Source: Eledone cirrhosa (Eukaryota). From it: a stretch of DNA of 64,000 nucleotides. This document shows, in pieces, positions 49,143-63,843 of the stretch. A program made the translations under genes and the position numbers. The number at the start of each line of letters is the position of its first letter. Position 1 is the stretch's first letter. The DNA is taken from positions 6,014,001 through 6,078,000 of the forward strand of contig OZ024753.1 in NCBI GenBank assembly GCA_964016885.1, given 5' to 3'. Under the pieces are notes generated by a model. It made no database searches and was not told the origin of the DNA. It was given only the letters and a program-made list of their open reading frames with translations.

Positions 49143-49191
49143 CATATATACACATGAATATAAAAATCATGTTATTTCTATTTACATTTTC

Positions 49192-49225
<34 letters not shown>

Positions 49226-49663
49226 GCATATATATGAATATTTCTACTCAAAGACTACTTACAGAGCTGGTGTATGTAATTTACAAAATGTTAATTGATT
49301 TTCCAACTTAGAATCAATCATACAGAGTAAAGATGAAGCCATTTCGTATGTTTATAATAATAATTGGAATATGACGTATTAACTAAACATTATCAAAAGA
49401 CGTAATTATACTTCTTATGGCGATAGAGTTACATTGTTTCAGTAGTTTCAATTAAAACTATATGAATGAAAGTGTAGTAAATAAACAACAATAACCAAAC
49501 CAACAAAGAAGAGGAGGTGGAAGGAACGTGCAGGGATTGTTAAGCAAAGAATGAAAGTAAGGAAGATGAGGAGAGGGTAACAGACTCTATTACTTCTATC
49601 AACATTAAAACAATATCTCGCGGACCTTTGAAATTTTAGTAACATTTTTATTTACATTAATAA

Positions 49664-49866
49664 CGGTTTCTTATATAGGCAAAGGCCAGCAATTTGAAGG
49701 AGGGGAAATTCAATTAAATCGACCCCAGTACGTTATGGTGCTTTTTTAATCGACCCTGTAAGGATGAAGGGCAATATTAACCTCGGCGGGATTTAAACAC
49801 AGAACGTAAAGAGCCATAACTCTATGTTACAAAGCATGGTGTCTGACCCTCTACCGATACTGCCAA
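49664..49866 (-). mobile_element. SINE
   Basis: Family motifs. Confidence 0.88.
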
Positions 49867-49918
49867 ACCAGAAACGTTCTGCTCGTTCATCAGATGAAAT
49901 AGTTATGAAGACATAGCT

Positions 49919-49990
49919 ATTTTATCTGATGAATGGACTGGAAGTTTCTGTAATGATCGTCTTGCTTCTTGAAACCTTTGGTAATGGAAT
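49919..49990 (+). ncRNA. Hammerhead motif (family D) preceded by an inverted copy of its 5' half (49869-49908)
   Basis: attttat-CTGATGA-...-GAAA-cc(ttt)gg-TA-atggaat; hairpin ttcatcagatgaaatagttatg / catagctattttatctgatgaa. Confidence 0.55.
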
Positions 49991-50062
49991 AATTATATTA
50001 TTTTGTTTATGTTGTATATATACATATATAATATAATATAATATAATATAATATATATAACT

Positions 50063-50200
50063 AGCATAGTTACGTCCCTTTACGGTCTGAGTTCAAATCC
50101 CGCCGAGGTTGACTTTGACTTTCATCCTTACGGGGTCGATAAATAAAGTACCAGTAATATACTGGAAATTGCTAGCCTTGTGCCAAAAGTAGAAACAATT
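50063..50200 (+). mobile_element. SINE, 5'-truncated
   Basis: Family motifs. Confidence 0.88.
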
Positions 50201-50524
50201 ATATTATATATAAATATATGTGTGTGTGTGTGTGTGTATGTGCGGGGTAAAGTATTTTTTTTTGTCACAACTTTCTTTTTAAAATCTCGGTTATTCTACC
50301 GAACAAATATATTGCAATCAGTTATTGAGAGATTTAAATATTTCTTAAGAAACAAGTGTACCATTCCATATGTTCTTATTTACCATTTCGAAAGATTTCA
50401 TGGTGAATACTTTTCTTCCAGAACCAGTCATTGTGTCTTATAAGTTGGAATTGTAAATGAGAGACGCAAGAAAAGGAATATATATACACATATATATATT
50501 ACACGCACATCCACAAACACGCAT

Positions 50525-50565
50525 TTATATATATATATATAATATATATATAATATATACATAAT

Positions 50566-50598
<33 letters not shown>

Positions 50599-51425
50599 AT
50601 ACATATATATATACATATATACATACATATAGTATATATATATACATATATACATACATATAGTATATATATATACATATATACATATTATATTTAATAT
50701 ATACATACATATAGTATATATAATATATACATATTATATATAATACATACATACATAGTATATATAATACATACATACATAGTATATATAATACATACAT
50801 ACATAGTATATATAATACATACATATTATATATAATACATACATATTATATATAATACATACATATATATAATATATACATATTATATATAATATATACA
50901 TACATATAGTATATACATACATATAGTATATATATACATATACAGTATATATATATATATACAGTATATATATATATATACAGTATATATATATATATAC
51001 AGTATATATATATATATACAGTATATATATATATATACAGTATATATATATATATACAGTATATATATATATATACAGTATATATATACATACATACATA
51101 TTATATATAATATATACATATATGTATATATATATAATATATACATATATGTATATATATATAATATATACATATATGTATATATATATAATATATACAT
51201 ATATGTATATATATATAATATATACATATATGTATATATATATAATATATACATATATGTATATATATATAATATATACATATATGTATATATATATAAT
51301 ATATACATATATGTATATATATATAATATATACATATATGTATATATATATATAATATATACATATATGTATATATATATAATATATACATATATGTATA
51401 TATATATATATATGTATGTGTGTGA
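50525..51425. repeat. Compound AT-rich mini/microsatellite with successive 24, 20 and 24 bp units
   Basis: Directly visible. Confidence 0.95.
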
Positions 51426-52012
51426 ATGTGTATATACATGTGTCTGTGTTTACGGTTGCCAGTGAGCATGCAAGGAAGGGAGCGTGCGTCGGCACCTATA
51501 TGTGAATATGTGTATAAACATGAAGATGAACAACATAAAAAAAAAACAACAAAAAAAAAAAACGGATGACAAATTTAATAAAGATGTCCATTTTGTGAGA
51601 ACACAAGAGAAAGAAATATTTGCCCAAATCATGCGTCGCTGGTTTATCATATTAATATATGTTTTTAATAGCTTGTCTTTATTTATATACCTATTTTTTT
51701 TGCGTCTTACAATGTATATGTTAAGAAGAGTGTCTGCACGCGCTGCATATACTAATATCTATATTCAATTCCACAATAATTTGCAAATTCGTGAAGTTAT
51801 CTTCATTACTGCGTATGCGCATTGACAATATACTGAACCAAACTAGAAAAAAGTATATCGTTTCCCCACAGATGATCAATATTTTCTTTATACTGGTGAC
51901 GTATTGTTTGCATATCTTTGTCTAAAAAGAATACGCTGTCTTATATATATATATGTCTGTGTGTGTGTGTGTGTGTGTGCATACGTTTGTTTGCGCGTTG
52001 GTATCTCCATGC

Positions 52013-52307
52013 ATATATATATATATATAAGTATTTATAAATATATACACGTATATGTATGTATATATATGTATATGTATGTATATATATATATATATTT
52101 ATGTATATATATATGTATGTATATATATATATATATGTATGTATATATATATGTATGTATATATATATATATATATATATTTATGTATATGTATGTATGT
52201 ATGTATATATATATATATTTATGTATATGTATGTATGTATGTATATATATATATATATATTTATGTATATGTATGTATGTATGTATATATATATATATAT
52301 ATTTATG

Positions 52308-52339
<32 letters not shown>

Positions 52340-52723
52340 TGTATGTATGTATGTATGTATGTATGTGTATATATATATAAATATATATATGTATGTATAT
52401 ATATATGTATGTATATGTATGTATGTATATATGTATGTATATGTATAAATGTATATATATATATGTATGTATATATGTATGTATATATATATATGTATGT
52501 ATATATATATATGTATATATATATATGTATGTATATATATATATGTATGTATATATGTATGTATATATGTATGTATATATATATATGTATGTATGTATAT
52601 ATGTATGCATGTATATATATATGTATGTATATATATATGCATGTATATATATATGCATGCATGTATATATATATGTATGCATGTATGTATGTATGTATAT
52701 GTATGTATGTATATATATGTATA

Positions 52724-52765
<42 letters not shown>
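52013..52765. repeat. (TATG)n/(TA)n array, opposite polarity to the other large arrays
   Basis: Directly visible. Confidence 0.96.
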
Positions 52766-52766
<1 letters not shown>

Positions 52767-53208
52767 GTGTGTTTATTTAACGTTGTAGTCACATATGTGT
52801 ATTCTACAAGAATGTTTGCAAAGTAACCAACCGGTTTTAATAGGGAAGCTAGTTCTGGAGTGCGCATTAAGAAGAATACAAATGAGCCTACAGCACATAT
52901 GTAAACTCATTGCACAATGTTTGCCAAAATTTCCTGTGAATAGAGTAGTGAAATTGAGAGGGATTATTACTGAAGTATAGAGATATCGTAAAAAAATGTC
53001 GTTTGTTTTATGTTTTTGCTATGTTCGTATTTTCCAGAATCCACAAATTTCTTTAAGATAACACTGTTTTGATATTATAATGAAAACACCTAAATATCTC
53101 ATTAAATAGCTCATATTATAAGAGTGTTGTTTCGTAACACACACACATAATTATACATACATACATACAAACATACAATCATGCAAATGTGTATATATAT
53201 ATATATAT

Positions 53209-53403
53209 ATAGGAACGAGTAGGACCCCGACGGCTGAGCTCAAGCCGTTTCGACGGCTAATTCTGAGTCCAGAATTAGCCGTCGAAACGGCTTGAGCTCA
53301 GCCGTCGGGGTCCTACTCGTTCCTATTACCCACTCTACTACCCTAAGTATTGAGTACTTTGGTGCGTTATGGTCCACCTGGTTCCTTACCACATTTCCTT
53401 CGT
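53209..53403 (+). mobile_element. Fold-back mini-element (family A): 57 bp perfect arms, 4 nt loop, 77 nt tail
   Basis: Perfect inverted repeat 53209-53326; (TA)n on both sides. Confidence 0.92.
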
Positions 53404-53420
53404 TATATATATATATATAT

Positions 53421-53615
53421 ATTTAATATAGAAAAGACTTCTACAGGACTAGAACTGTTTCATTCGGGAGAAATAATCAGGAAGCGCTCATGATTTCTCC
53501 CGAATGAAACAGTTCTAGTCCTGTGGAAGGCTTTTCTATATTAAATATTTATACTCTGCTTCGTATTTAGTACCTTACTTACTGAAGTCACCTCCGATTG
53601 AACCCGGGATAAACT
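53421..53615 (+). mobile_element. Fold-back mini-element (family B); hammerhead fold on the minus-strand arm 53437-53485
   Basis: Arms ~53421-53480 and ~53489-53547; minus strand gcttc-CTGATTA-tttctcccgaat-GAAA-cag..ctg-TA-gaagt (G8U variant). Confidence 0.8.
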
Positions 53616-53656
53616 TATAAATATATATTATTATTATTATTATTATTATTATTATG

Positions 53657-53858
53657 GGTGGTGGTTTGGCAGTATCGGTAGAGGGTCGGACAACATGCTT
53701 TGTAGCACAGAGTTACGCCCCTTTCTGATCTGAGTTCAAATCCTGCCGAGGTTAACTCTGCCTTTCATCCTTACAGGGTCGATAAAATAAAGTACCAGTA
53801 ATGCACTGGGCAATTGCTGGCCTTGTGCCAAAAGTAGAAACAATTATTATTATTATTA
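53657..53858 (+). mobile_element. Full-length SINE in (ATT)n
   Basis: A box-like tggcagtatcgg, B box gagttcaaatcc, central domain, (ATT)n tail. Confidence 0.92.
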
Positions 53859-54929
53859 TGGTTGAATTTCTGATGTTTGTCAGGAAGACTTCACAGTTAA
53901 AGAAAGTGCTCAATACGTGGGAAGAGTATAGGCATCTGCATTATATACAGAGATGAGGTTCAGACTACAACGCGTTAAACTGGTCTTGTCTTGCAGAAGT
54001 CATTTCTATATACAATCAACTCATACTTATATGTAACAATATCTCCCTCCCCAAATATAACAATATATATCACGAATATATATGTATATATATATATATA
54101 TATATTTACAAATATACATATATAATACATATACAATTATATATATTCATATATATATGCATATATATTATTACATATACATACATATATGAATATATTT
54201 ACGTGTACTATATATATATGTATAGAAGTATTTATCTGCATTTTATATATGGCTTTATTTTCGTATGCGATATATATATTCTGTGTTTCTTTATGAGGTT
54301 CTCAGCTTATATACATAAACTAAACATAGCTATCAATTTGAAAACCGGTGTAATATGTGTATATAGATATCTGTAGGCACACGTATACAAAGATACTTCT
54401 GTGACATGTAAATATATGTAAGTAAGAATACATTTATATCTTCTACTTGCATATTTGATATTTTTCTTCATTTTCCTATACTATTTCTTACAGAAATATT
54501 ATTCATATTGTCTCCAATATATTGGGTATTTAGTTGTTAGTTATTGTAATAAAATGACACTATGCCGACTGCTATCTTGAATGCCTCACTTGCTGTCAAG
54601 CAGTTTGTTATTTATTATAAAGCTACAAGGACGGCGACTATATTCTTCAGCGCAATATTACTTTACACTACTTCGTCAATTTTGATGCATTTATTGACTT
54701 TAAGTAGAGTCGTAAATTTATTAACCTCATGACTGAAGAGTTCCCAGTTCGTATCAGGTTACTGGTACAATAAAATTATGATGATGCTGCAATCACCATA
54801 CCTGGAATATTGCAGAAATAAAATCAGTAAATGGAATATGTGCCTGTGTATTGGTTGACTACACTGGGAATATATACAATATTAAAGTGACTAAACAAGT
54901 AGCTTTACAGTGTTAACGTTTGAGCCTAT

Positions 54930-55272
54930 AAGGTATGGTATGGTTCCGTAATACCTGATGGAGTCGTAGGGGCGCCGTATTTCAATGCGGCGTCTCTTGG
55001 GCACCAAGCGCCTGTCGGATCCCATCTCTCTCCAGGCCTGAGTACAGTAGATTTTTTTCCAGAGAAGGATAGAAAGTGAGAAAGAGGAAATGAGAAAGAG
55101 ATATAGACGAAGAATCGACCCAGTACTAGACTGGTACTTTTTTTTATCGACCTCGAATAGATGGAAGGCAAAGTTGACCTCGGCGGGATTTGAACTCAGA
55201 GGGAATAGAGCCGAAACGAATAATATGAAGCATTCTATCCGACGTTCTAACTACACTGCCAATTCGCCGCCT
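54930..55272 (-). mobile_element. Long SINE subfamily: same head and centre, different LINE-like tail ending in (CATAC)2
   Basis: Head 55272-55190; tail shared with 58620-58790 and 45345-45410. Confidence 0.75.
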
Positions 55273-55574
55273 ATATAAATGCAACTAAAGACTATGTAAA
55301 ATCCGAACTGATTGGGTATAATTTAAGTTAAACTTTGTAATATTCTACCATATTACAAGAGCTGAATCTACCGAGGACTGGGCATAGCTTCAATACAGAA
55401 TGTGGTGTATTTTAAGTTACATAGGTAATCCCAAAACTGCATAACCACAACAGCTATAACGATTAATATCTACATTATCTTCTGATGCGGCCATTAAAAA
55501 TCAGAGTATGTTAAAATAGACACGTAAGCAAGAATTTATGGCGAATTACGTAGAGAGCAAAAATTACAACATTA

Positions 55575-55740
55575 ACAACAACTACTACTACTACTACTGC
55601 AGTTGCTGCCACATCTACGACTACTAGCACGAAAACCACTACTAAAGCAATAGTGCTGCTGCTGCTGCCACATCTACGACTACTACCACGAAAACCACTA
55701 CTACTAGTAGTAGTGCTGCTACTGCTACTACTACTTATAT
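55575..55740. repeat. (CTA/CTG)n low-complexity region with a ~60 bp tandem duplication
   Basis: gctgccacatctacgactacta.cacgaaaaccactact occurs twice. Confidence 0.85.
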
Positions 55741-55924
55741 TATGGAATCTAATTTAGCCACAAGATCAGCAATTATTCATAAGAAAAAGTTGAATGAATC
55801 GATATCAGTACTTAACTGTGGCATTAGCTAATCGATTCCGTAATCATGAAAGGCAATTTGACCTTGGTATCATTCGATCCCAGGAATTAATGAGCCATAA
55901 CATATACTGCAAAACATTTATCCA

Positions 55925-56090
55925 GATATATTGATGTTGAAGTGAATAATATGGTGGTTACAACAAATACCAATCACATTGATAGTAGGTGCATTGGGGT
56001 CCATTAGAAAAATCCAGACAAATAGATAACGCCCATTGCATGATGCATTATCACACACTATATAGAGGAACACTCGCCTACAGGCACTTT
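55925..56090 (+). mobile_element. R4/Dong-type LINE C-terminal fragment
   Basis: LIVGALGSIRK motif. Confidence 0.5.
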
Positions 56091-57065
56091 ATTTAGATTA
56101 TATTTAATGCAATTGAAACACAAAAAAGAATCATGACTATGTTTATATTTCAACCTATTCCGGAAAATAAATACATAAGCCCTCCATTTTTTGTAGATTA
56201 TAAAATGGAGTAAAATACAATTTGCTTACGAATTAATTGGATGTCACGTATTTTGGGTTGGTTTTGCTTTCTTTCCTGTTTTTTTACATTAAGTTTCAAT
56301 TTTGTGTTTCATTATATTTTTCTGCATTGACTGGTATAAAAAAAATATTTGAAACTTATAGCGGTAATAAAGCTATCCATTCGTATATTATAAATCCGTA
56401 TTTTAGGTTTTTGTCTATATATATATTTTCCATTGTTCTGTTCAGTCATCCGGCACAGTTACAATGTATTAAGTTATTTGTCTCTATATCCTAACCAGAT
56501 ATAATTATAACAAAGAAACTTTAAAGTTTGTTTTTCTCATTGTAATTCAATTTTTCTTATATAATGTACAACAATATCACCTTGCGATAAATCTCACTAA
56601 TTTCTATAGTATATGATTATTTTTCCAGTTATATATTCTGTAAATAATACTTTGTTTAATTGGAAGGAGATTAATATTTTAGGTGCTGAAGGTTCGTGTC
56701 TGATTCTCAGCACTGCTTGCTAACCATGGCATGTGCATACTATATTCTTTTTATTAGACTATTCATACACCACAGGCTGATACAGCCACTCATATATAGG
56801 CGTTGTGAGAATCGTATAACTAACGAGGATTTGGTTAGGCTTCAGTTGAGATGGGAATATTAACGTATTATTAGAACCCAGAGATTCCCTTTAGGTTATA
56901 AATATTAAAATATATAAATTTTTTATGTCATATATATTGACATTTTAAACTTTTACGGAAGGCACCGCCATGCACCCTTGTTGTTACTGTATATCGGGAT
57001 TCAATAACTGGGAAAATGTCTCAGCAAGAAGAACCATAACTGAAACACAAACCCTCCATTTCAAT

Positions 57066-57109
57066 TTTACTTTTGAAAATCATAAGAACTGTGAAACCGG
57101 TAAAGTAAA
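57066..57109 (+). ncRNA. Minimal hammerhead with U3-A8 core (family C, copy 2)
   Basis: tttactt-TTGAAAA-tca(taagaac)tgt-GAAA-ccgg-TA-aagtaaa; element ~57030-57160 ends in (TA)n. Confidence 0.6.
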
Positions 57110-58619
57110 TAAATGAATATTCTTAAAAGACTTTTGTTGTATTTTCAATTTCCTTTCCATATATATATATATACACACGTGTGTGTGTAGGTGTGTGTAG
57201 TTGTAGTAGTAGTAGTAGTAAAATATAGGTGAATGTGAAAAAGGAAGACAGTGCTCAATCATGTGTGAGCCTTGATGTAATATATTAATTACTTATGTTC
57301 ATACACGGGAGAAAAGGCGCAACTTACGGTTTCAAGAGAGCGAGAGGGACTCCTCGTTGAAAGAATTAGAGGCAAGCGTGATCTTAGTGAAGTTTGGACT
57401 CAGAATGCAAAGAGCTGGAACAAATATGGCCCGACTTTGTAATAACTCTGGCAATTCCCCGGCTTTTGATTAAATGATCTTGAACAATATAACTTAATAC
57501 CAGAGATTTTAATTTGTTTTACTTTCAATATATGTTTTGAAATCTCTATATCTTTAGCATAAGAAATTTCGAGAAATAAATTGTCAAACCCATAATCATA
57601 TTTGTCTATATTTTGCAATTCTCTTATTTGTGTTTCTAATTTATATAATTTCCATTTCGTACTGATGAAGATGTATTTAATTATGGTGTGCCATAATGTT
57701 ATGCTAATTAGCTATCTTAGTTATTACGCTCAGTTCAATGGGTCAAATACAATGTAATAATAATTATGACTGAAGCCACCTAAAACGGTAGCAAATTAAT
57801 TCAAATCTGATTGACTATTAGATTTATATCAAGCGATGTTTCATATATTCACGATAATACTACTGTACACAATATTTTTCTCTATTTTGAATGTCCTTCC
57901 ATTTCGAGAGCTAATACCTCGATATTAACTGCACAGCAGCCAATAATGGAAAACGATGTGGCAGAAATGGATTACGACCTTTACCTATGCTATATATATT
58001 AATATAGATTTGTCTCTTCAGATTCCTAAGGAGTTGATAGCAGTAGTTTAGTGTATGGCGTTAATGCATGGTATGTTTCAAACGTATTTCTCTGCTTACC
58101 GCACTTAGTGTATCGGTTAGACTTAATACGAAATAATATTTTACACTGTATTGTCACAGCTGATCGACGTGAAAATAGATTCCCAGTTTGTTATTTCTAA
58201 TGCCAATAGTACAAGAACTTGACCCATGAATATGACTGTGAATTATACAGGACAGATAAGTATACCATCTCTTCCAATTATGTTATAATTACAGATGTTA
58301 TTGAAATCTGCTTTGAAGGACTAACCGTGGTGCAGTTATCCATGTGATTTGTTTAATACTTTTAAGTATAGAATTAAGGATGAATTACTATAGATTTAAA
58401 TGAATTATCAGCAGTTTCACCAAAAGCGGAGTAGGAATCGTGTCTTAGAAAGGGTTAGATGAATTTAATGTATTTGAAAATAGATTCATTCTATAAAAAT
58501 ATAAACTTTACTAATAGGAAACACAATTTGAGATATTACATTTCGTTTGTTATAAATACTGGAAGTCTCTTATATATATATTTACTATATATATATTTAC
58601 TATATCTATATGTGTATAG

Positions 58620-58941
58620 AGGCTTAACTCCTGATGGACATGTATTGGCGCTGTAGTGACATGCATTCTGTCTTAGGAATATTCAAACCTAACGGAGCCC
58701 ATCACGTCTCCAGGTCCCAAAACAGCCGATTTCCACAAGGGAAGGAGAATGAGTTGAAGGTAGAACATGCGAAAGAGATATAGAGGAAGAATCAGCTCCT
58801 GTACTTCACTGGTTTATTTGAATTATCGTATTCGATGAGATGAAATGCAAACTTACCTTCCGTTGGTTCGAGTTCACAGTGACTGAAAGAATACAGAAAA
58901 TCGTTGTCTGAGGTTATAACGATTTTGCCAATCCACCGTCT
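58620..58941 (-). mobile_element. Degenerate copy of the long SINE subfamily
   Basis: Colinear with 54930-55272 (cccatc..tctccagg, gaaagagatataga.gaagaatc, tgccaat). Confidence 0.6.
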
Positions 58942-60039
58942 CATTATTTACATATAATGCTTTTTATCTCTTTGGATTTTATTCTGTCGTATGTGGCTTA
59001 TACGTGATTATATTAATTTTAATTGGGTTCTTATTTAATATGGTGTTATTTTGCCCGATTTATACTGATTGTGTCATGTTACACCAGAGTTTTCAATATG
59101 AGACACCAACACCCCCTGTGAATATTTGTCTAACAAATGTCAATGAAAACCATTATTGCTAGGTTTTCGCCAGCCTAGGGAATAATGAATATATTTCAGT
59201 ATGATAAATCGAAACAGTTTTGGGAATTTAAACAATGAAAGAAAATCCTCCGTGATATAATCTAATCATGATTCATGAGTTCACAATTTGAAGAAAAACA
59301 TCGTCATTGGGTTTACGTTATCTTAACCTCAAATTAAATTAATCAGTCTATGGTATCCATAGTAATGAAATTATATCACTGATTATTGAAAGAAAATTTG
59401 TTTGGAAGAATTAGTTTGATAAAGTAGAAATATTTCCTCACAAGAAATATGTGATTGCTAATTCGCAATTATAATTCGAGATGATAGACCCCCCCCCCCC
59501 CAAACAAAAGAGAAAATGTAATTATTATTTTAGTTATGATTTTTGATGGAAAAAATAAAGTAAAGTGGATTTTCCATGTCGATATCAATCCAAACATTCA
59601 CTAGAAGTTCGACCTTTGTTCAGAAATAATTCAATGAATTCGAAGTATTATATGACAAATATAATTAACTGTAATGTTTCCTACAAATAGAGAGATCCAA
59701 GCGGAATAAGATTGTAAACATATGTTCCCGTTCATTTGTGATATCTTATCTTAGTTCACACACACACACACACACAGTTATAAAATGCAACTATATATCT
59801 ATAATTTCATCTATCTATCTATCAATCTATCGATAGAAATTAACCGCTAATATTTCGGCCAACTGACCTTCCTCATTTGCGAAAGGTCACGTGACGACAC
59901 AGCTACAATTACTAATATAGGTAAAATGCTTCTGTCAACAGACCGAGCTTTGTATACAAGAGAACAATGCATGAGCCTTATACAACTTGTGGAGTAGCTT
60001 CCAGGAGTCCAATAAACCTATCGTATATTTTTTATTGAT

Positions 60040-60330
60040 TTCTATGAAGACTTGAGAATAGATATGAAGAGAAACTGGTACATGATAATAAATTGAAATT
60101 ACCGCACTTGGAACGGTCACAGAAAACCTCTGGAAAAAAAAAGCTTGATAGAATTGGAATCAGTCCCAGCATAACATCATTACAAAACACCTTTGGGAAC
60201 AGAAAATATCTTGCGAAAAGCACTGCCTATCTGAGGTTACATAACTTGATAAGGTGCCTAATAAATAATCTATTGTTAATAAGATCATCACTGTAAAAAG
60301 GATAATAATAATAGTAATAATAATAATAAT
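60040..60330 (+). mobile_element. R4/Dong-type LINE 3' end with (TAA)n tail
   Basis: YEDLRIDMKR, ALGTVTENL, LDRIGISPSITSLQ, LGTENILRKAL across frameshifts. Confidence 0.7.
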
Positions 60331-60340
60331 TATTATATAT

Positions 60341-60543
60341 ATAGGAAAAGAGTGAGGAGCCCGACCTCTGATCTCCGGCTGTTTCGATATCTAGATCCAA
60401 ACTGTTCGGATCTAGCTGTCGAAACGACCAGAGTTCCGCGGTCGGGCTCCTGACTCTTTTCCTCTTACCCACTCTACTACCCTAAGTATCGAGTACTCTG
60501 GTACCTTATGGTTCACCTGGTTCCTTACCACACTGTCTTTGTT
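60341..60543 (+). mobile_element. Fold-back mini-element (family A, diverged subfamily)
   Basis: Imperfect hairpin plus the same tail ttacccactctactaccctaagtat..cacctggttccttaccaca. Confidence 0.85.
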
Positions 60544-60576
<33 letters not shown>

Positions 60577-61499
60577 TGAACTGTAAATTATAATCAATAT
60601 GGTGTATTAACCGGCTTACCAATATATACTGTGAGCTTATTTGCCTATGTGTCAGCAAGACACTCGCCATATAACTGAAACAATACTGAAGGAAAAGAAA
60701 TAAACAATAATGATGATAATAATAATAATAATAGTAGTAATATATTTGTAATTACTTGTTTTATTCTAATAAGAGATATAATTATAACGATTAATAATGA
60801 TGTCGAAGGATGGCTATAATTAGGGGTGGTAGTTTATAAAGACGGTTGCATGAACACATTTTTACATTGTTTACAGGAATATCGATAATTTGCATATAAA
60901 CATTAGCAATATGTGATCTTTAACGATCAGTTATTTACAATTCATTATTACTTTCTTTTTTCTCCTCCCGAAACTAATTTCTTTCTTGGTTCAATATTTA
61001 TTTTCTCCACCATCGGCAAAGAAGACAGAATAAAAAGTGAAATCAAAATATGATTTATAGTTTTCCTTGGAGTTTTATTCTTTTCGTATTTAATTCGTTT
61101 ATCACTTAGGGTAAATATATATAAATTTGGTTACAGAGTGCAGATGTTATTTATTTAAATTTGTTTAAATTTCTTCGATTTGGGGGCGCATCAGAACATT
61201 CTAGTACGCAGAAAAGCATACGTAGAAACGCAGCAGGTTACGCGATTTATCAGAAATACCGGAATAATTCATAAAATTGGCATATAGCACCACCTCCGTC
61301 TCTTCCTCTTTAACATCTACGCTCTGTTTCTCTACCTATCTCCTCTCCCACGTAAATATATATTAAAATTACGTGTAGTATAGGTTGAAAACAAAATGAG
61401 TCAGAGCAACCATTTCAAGTAAATATATTCTATTTTCAATAACATTTTAGGAAAGCGATTTACACTTGTACTATGAATGTTTATTGCTTCACTACATCA

Positions 61500-62460
61500 T
61501 ACTCCAGCAGATCTGATATTTTTACATGTGGTTGGCACGAGAACATCAGCATCGTGCTTTCTTCAGCATTTTTTGTAATAGTGATATTTAAGTCTCTTGC
61601 TATATGTGACTCTTAAATTACAGCTTCGTGTCCACAAAACCATCGGATAGACCAAGTTCAGAAGTTGAGAAATGGGAACTGAGCAAACACGAGATTCGAG
61701 CTACTTATACAGTACCATTCTTGTTAGTAACGTTCGCGTCAGCAGTAGTTATGTCAATTATATATACCTTTGACTTGTGTCTAATAAACTGTGCCTGGTC
61801 TTCTAGTCTCTATACCGGGATCTGTCTGAATGTTGAGACCATATTATTCTTTGAGCCTGTCAATTTCAACTATTCTTTCTCCTTGGTGTTGATTCTATTT
61901 TCTGTTCACTTCAAACCCTCATTCACACAATATTTCCCATTGAAGACTTTTAGCTACACATTCATAGTGAAGCTTAAATGTTTGTACCATGCAGTTGCAA
62001 CTACTTACAATGTGTGTTACTGACCCACCGTTTTTATTGTATATTGGGCATTTGATTTTCTCATTAGGTTTGTCCATTTCCCAGCCATCATACTCAGTTT
62101 CATCTAATAACAGGATATCACATTAAAAGATACTTATACCTTGGTTTGTCTTAAATACTCTCTATGGAGGTTTTTTTTCCCCAAAATATTTCTTCCCCTT
62201 GCATTTCATTGGACTACCTAGCTGCAGTTATAAAACTTTCTGAAATGTTCATCATATATCTCTCCAGTTTACGTTCTGCCATATCAACACAGCTATGTAA
62301 GGACATTAATCCTCTCCATTGGTAGATATAATCCGTACTAACTATTGTTTTTATTGTTTTTTTAACCAGTTTGAATTGTCCCTTGAACAATTCGAGAAAG
62401 CAGCTGAGTTCTTCGTTTGAGATACTGTCCAGGTATTAATAGCTGTAATACCTTTTCCTC
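61500..62460 (-). mobile_element. R4/Dong-type LINE relic: RT thumb, zinc knuckle, restriction-like endonuclease
   Basis: Minus strand AINTW, LYLP..RGLMSL, KCPIY..SVTHIVSSC, IQTDPGIETRRP, IIDI. Confidence 0.8.
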
Positions 62461-63654
62461 ATCAAAAATATATTATTGTTTTTATCATCACTCTTGGTGA
62501 TATTCTTATTAATGTTATCGACATTATCATCATTGTAATCAGCATCATTTTCCTTTGTTATTCCAAAGTAGTGTCCTTTTAATTTTCAATTTCCTTTTTT
62601 TTTTTTTTTTTTTTTTTTTTTCCTCAGCCATTTATATTTGTCTTTATATATTTTGAATATAAAAGACATTACATTGTAAATTTCAAATTTCCCCTTTCCC
62701 AACACACCTACATACTATTTAATGAACAGACAATTCAATGTAATGTAGCCAATTCGTACACAAGTAACATAGTGGCGCCTCAGTCATTTTGAGACTAAAT
62801 AATTGCTCATATAACTTGAAGCTATGTTTCATTTGTAAAAATGAAACTAATATTTTATTGTTTTTATTTGCATCTCCTCTACTTTTAATTTATTATCATT
62901 ATTTTTATTGTTGTTTTGCTGCTGTTATTTGTGTTATTAGAATTCAATTTAAATGTTAGAAATCATTTTGATTTTATAATTGCAATTACTAATTGTAATC
63001 GATGTGGGTATTATTGTTATCAGAATTATATGTAGAATTATATTTACCACCACCACTACTACTACTACTGATGCTGCTACTACTACCACCAATATTAATT
63101 CTACTGTCCCTGCTACTACTATTCTAGTTTATCTCTTTTTACCACCAAAAGTATACGTCAATAATTATAAAATGACATGCAAAATGCGATGTTTTTCGCA
63201 ATCATTTCATAATTGGAATTAGTGTTATATTCAGTTTATCATGATTTTGTAAACATCGTTCATTTATATAGTCAAAATCGTAAGTAATTTGCAATGACAA
63301 AATATATACGATTCATATGTAACTTAGTGTGTTATCAATATACACGCGGGCAGTTGCTTTTTTCTATGCTGAAGATTTAAATTGTTTACGTTACTTTCAA
63401 ACGAACATCGTTAGAGTTTGCCTCACTTTATGAGTTTCTTAACTTATTTTAATTGTCGTTCTTTAATGTCTTGAGAAATATATTGCATACGGGTCTATAT
63501 GTTTATATATAAATATTGTATCTCAGAATATGCAAATTTTATTCTATGACAATGATCTTTAAGAGGAATGTATATGTTAACTTGTATCGCACAGTTTCAT
63601 TCAGTCTAATATATAATGCATTCAGTCAATATATACATACACACACACACACAC

Positions 63655-63785
63655 AACAAAGAAGGTGTGGTAAGATACCAGGTGAATCATAAAACACCAG
63701 AATACTTTGGGTAGTAGAGTGGGTAATATGAAAACAGTCAGGACTCCGGCGGTTGAGCAACCGGCCGCTAGATCCGAGCAGTTCC
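63655..63785 (-). mobile_element. Family A element without an inverted arm
   Basis: Reverse-complement tail gtggtaag..ccaggtgaa..gggtagtagagtgggtaa; starts at aactgctcggatctagc like the 60341 copy. Confidence 0.75.
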
Positions 63786-63843
63786 TTTACCGTTTTCGCA
63801 GTTCTTGTGCCTTTCAAATGTAGAATTGAGATGGAGGGTTTGT

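Noticed and set aside
53657-53745. SINE heads as tRNA genes
   Set aside because: A- and B-box-like motifs only; no full cloverleaf, and they continue into SINE body and tail.
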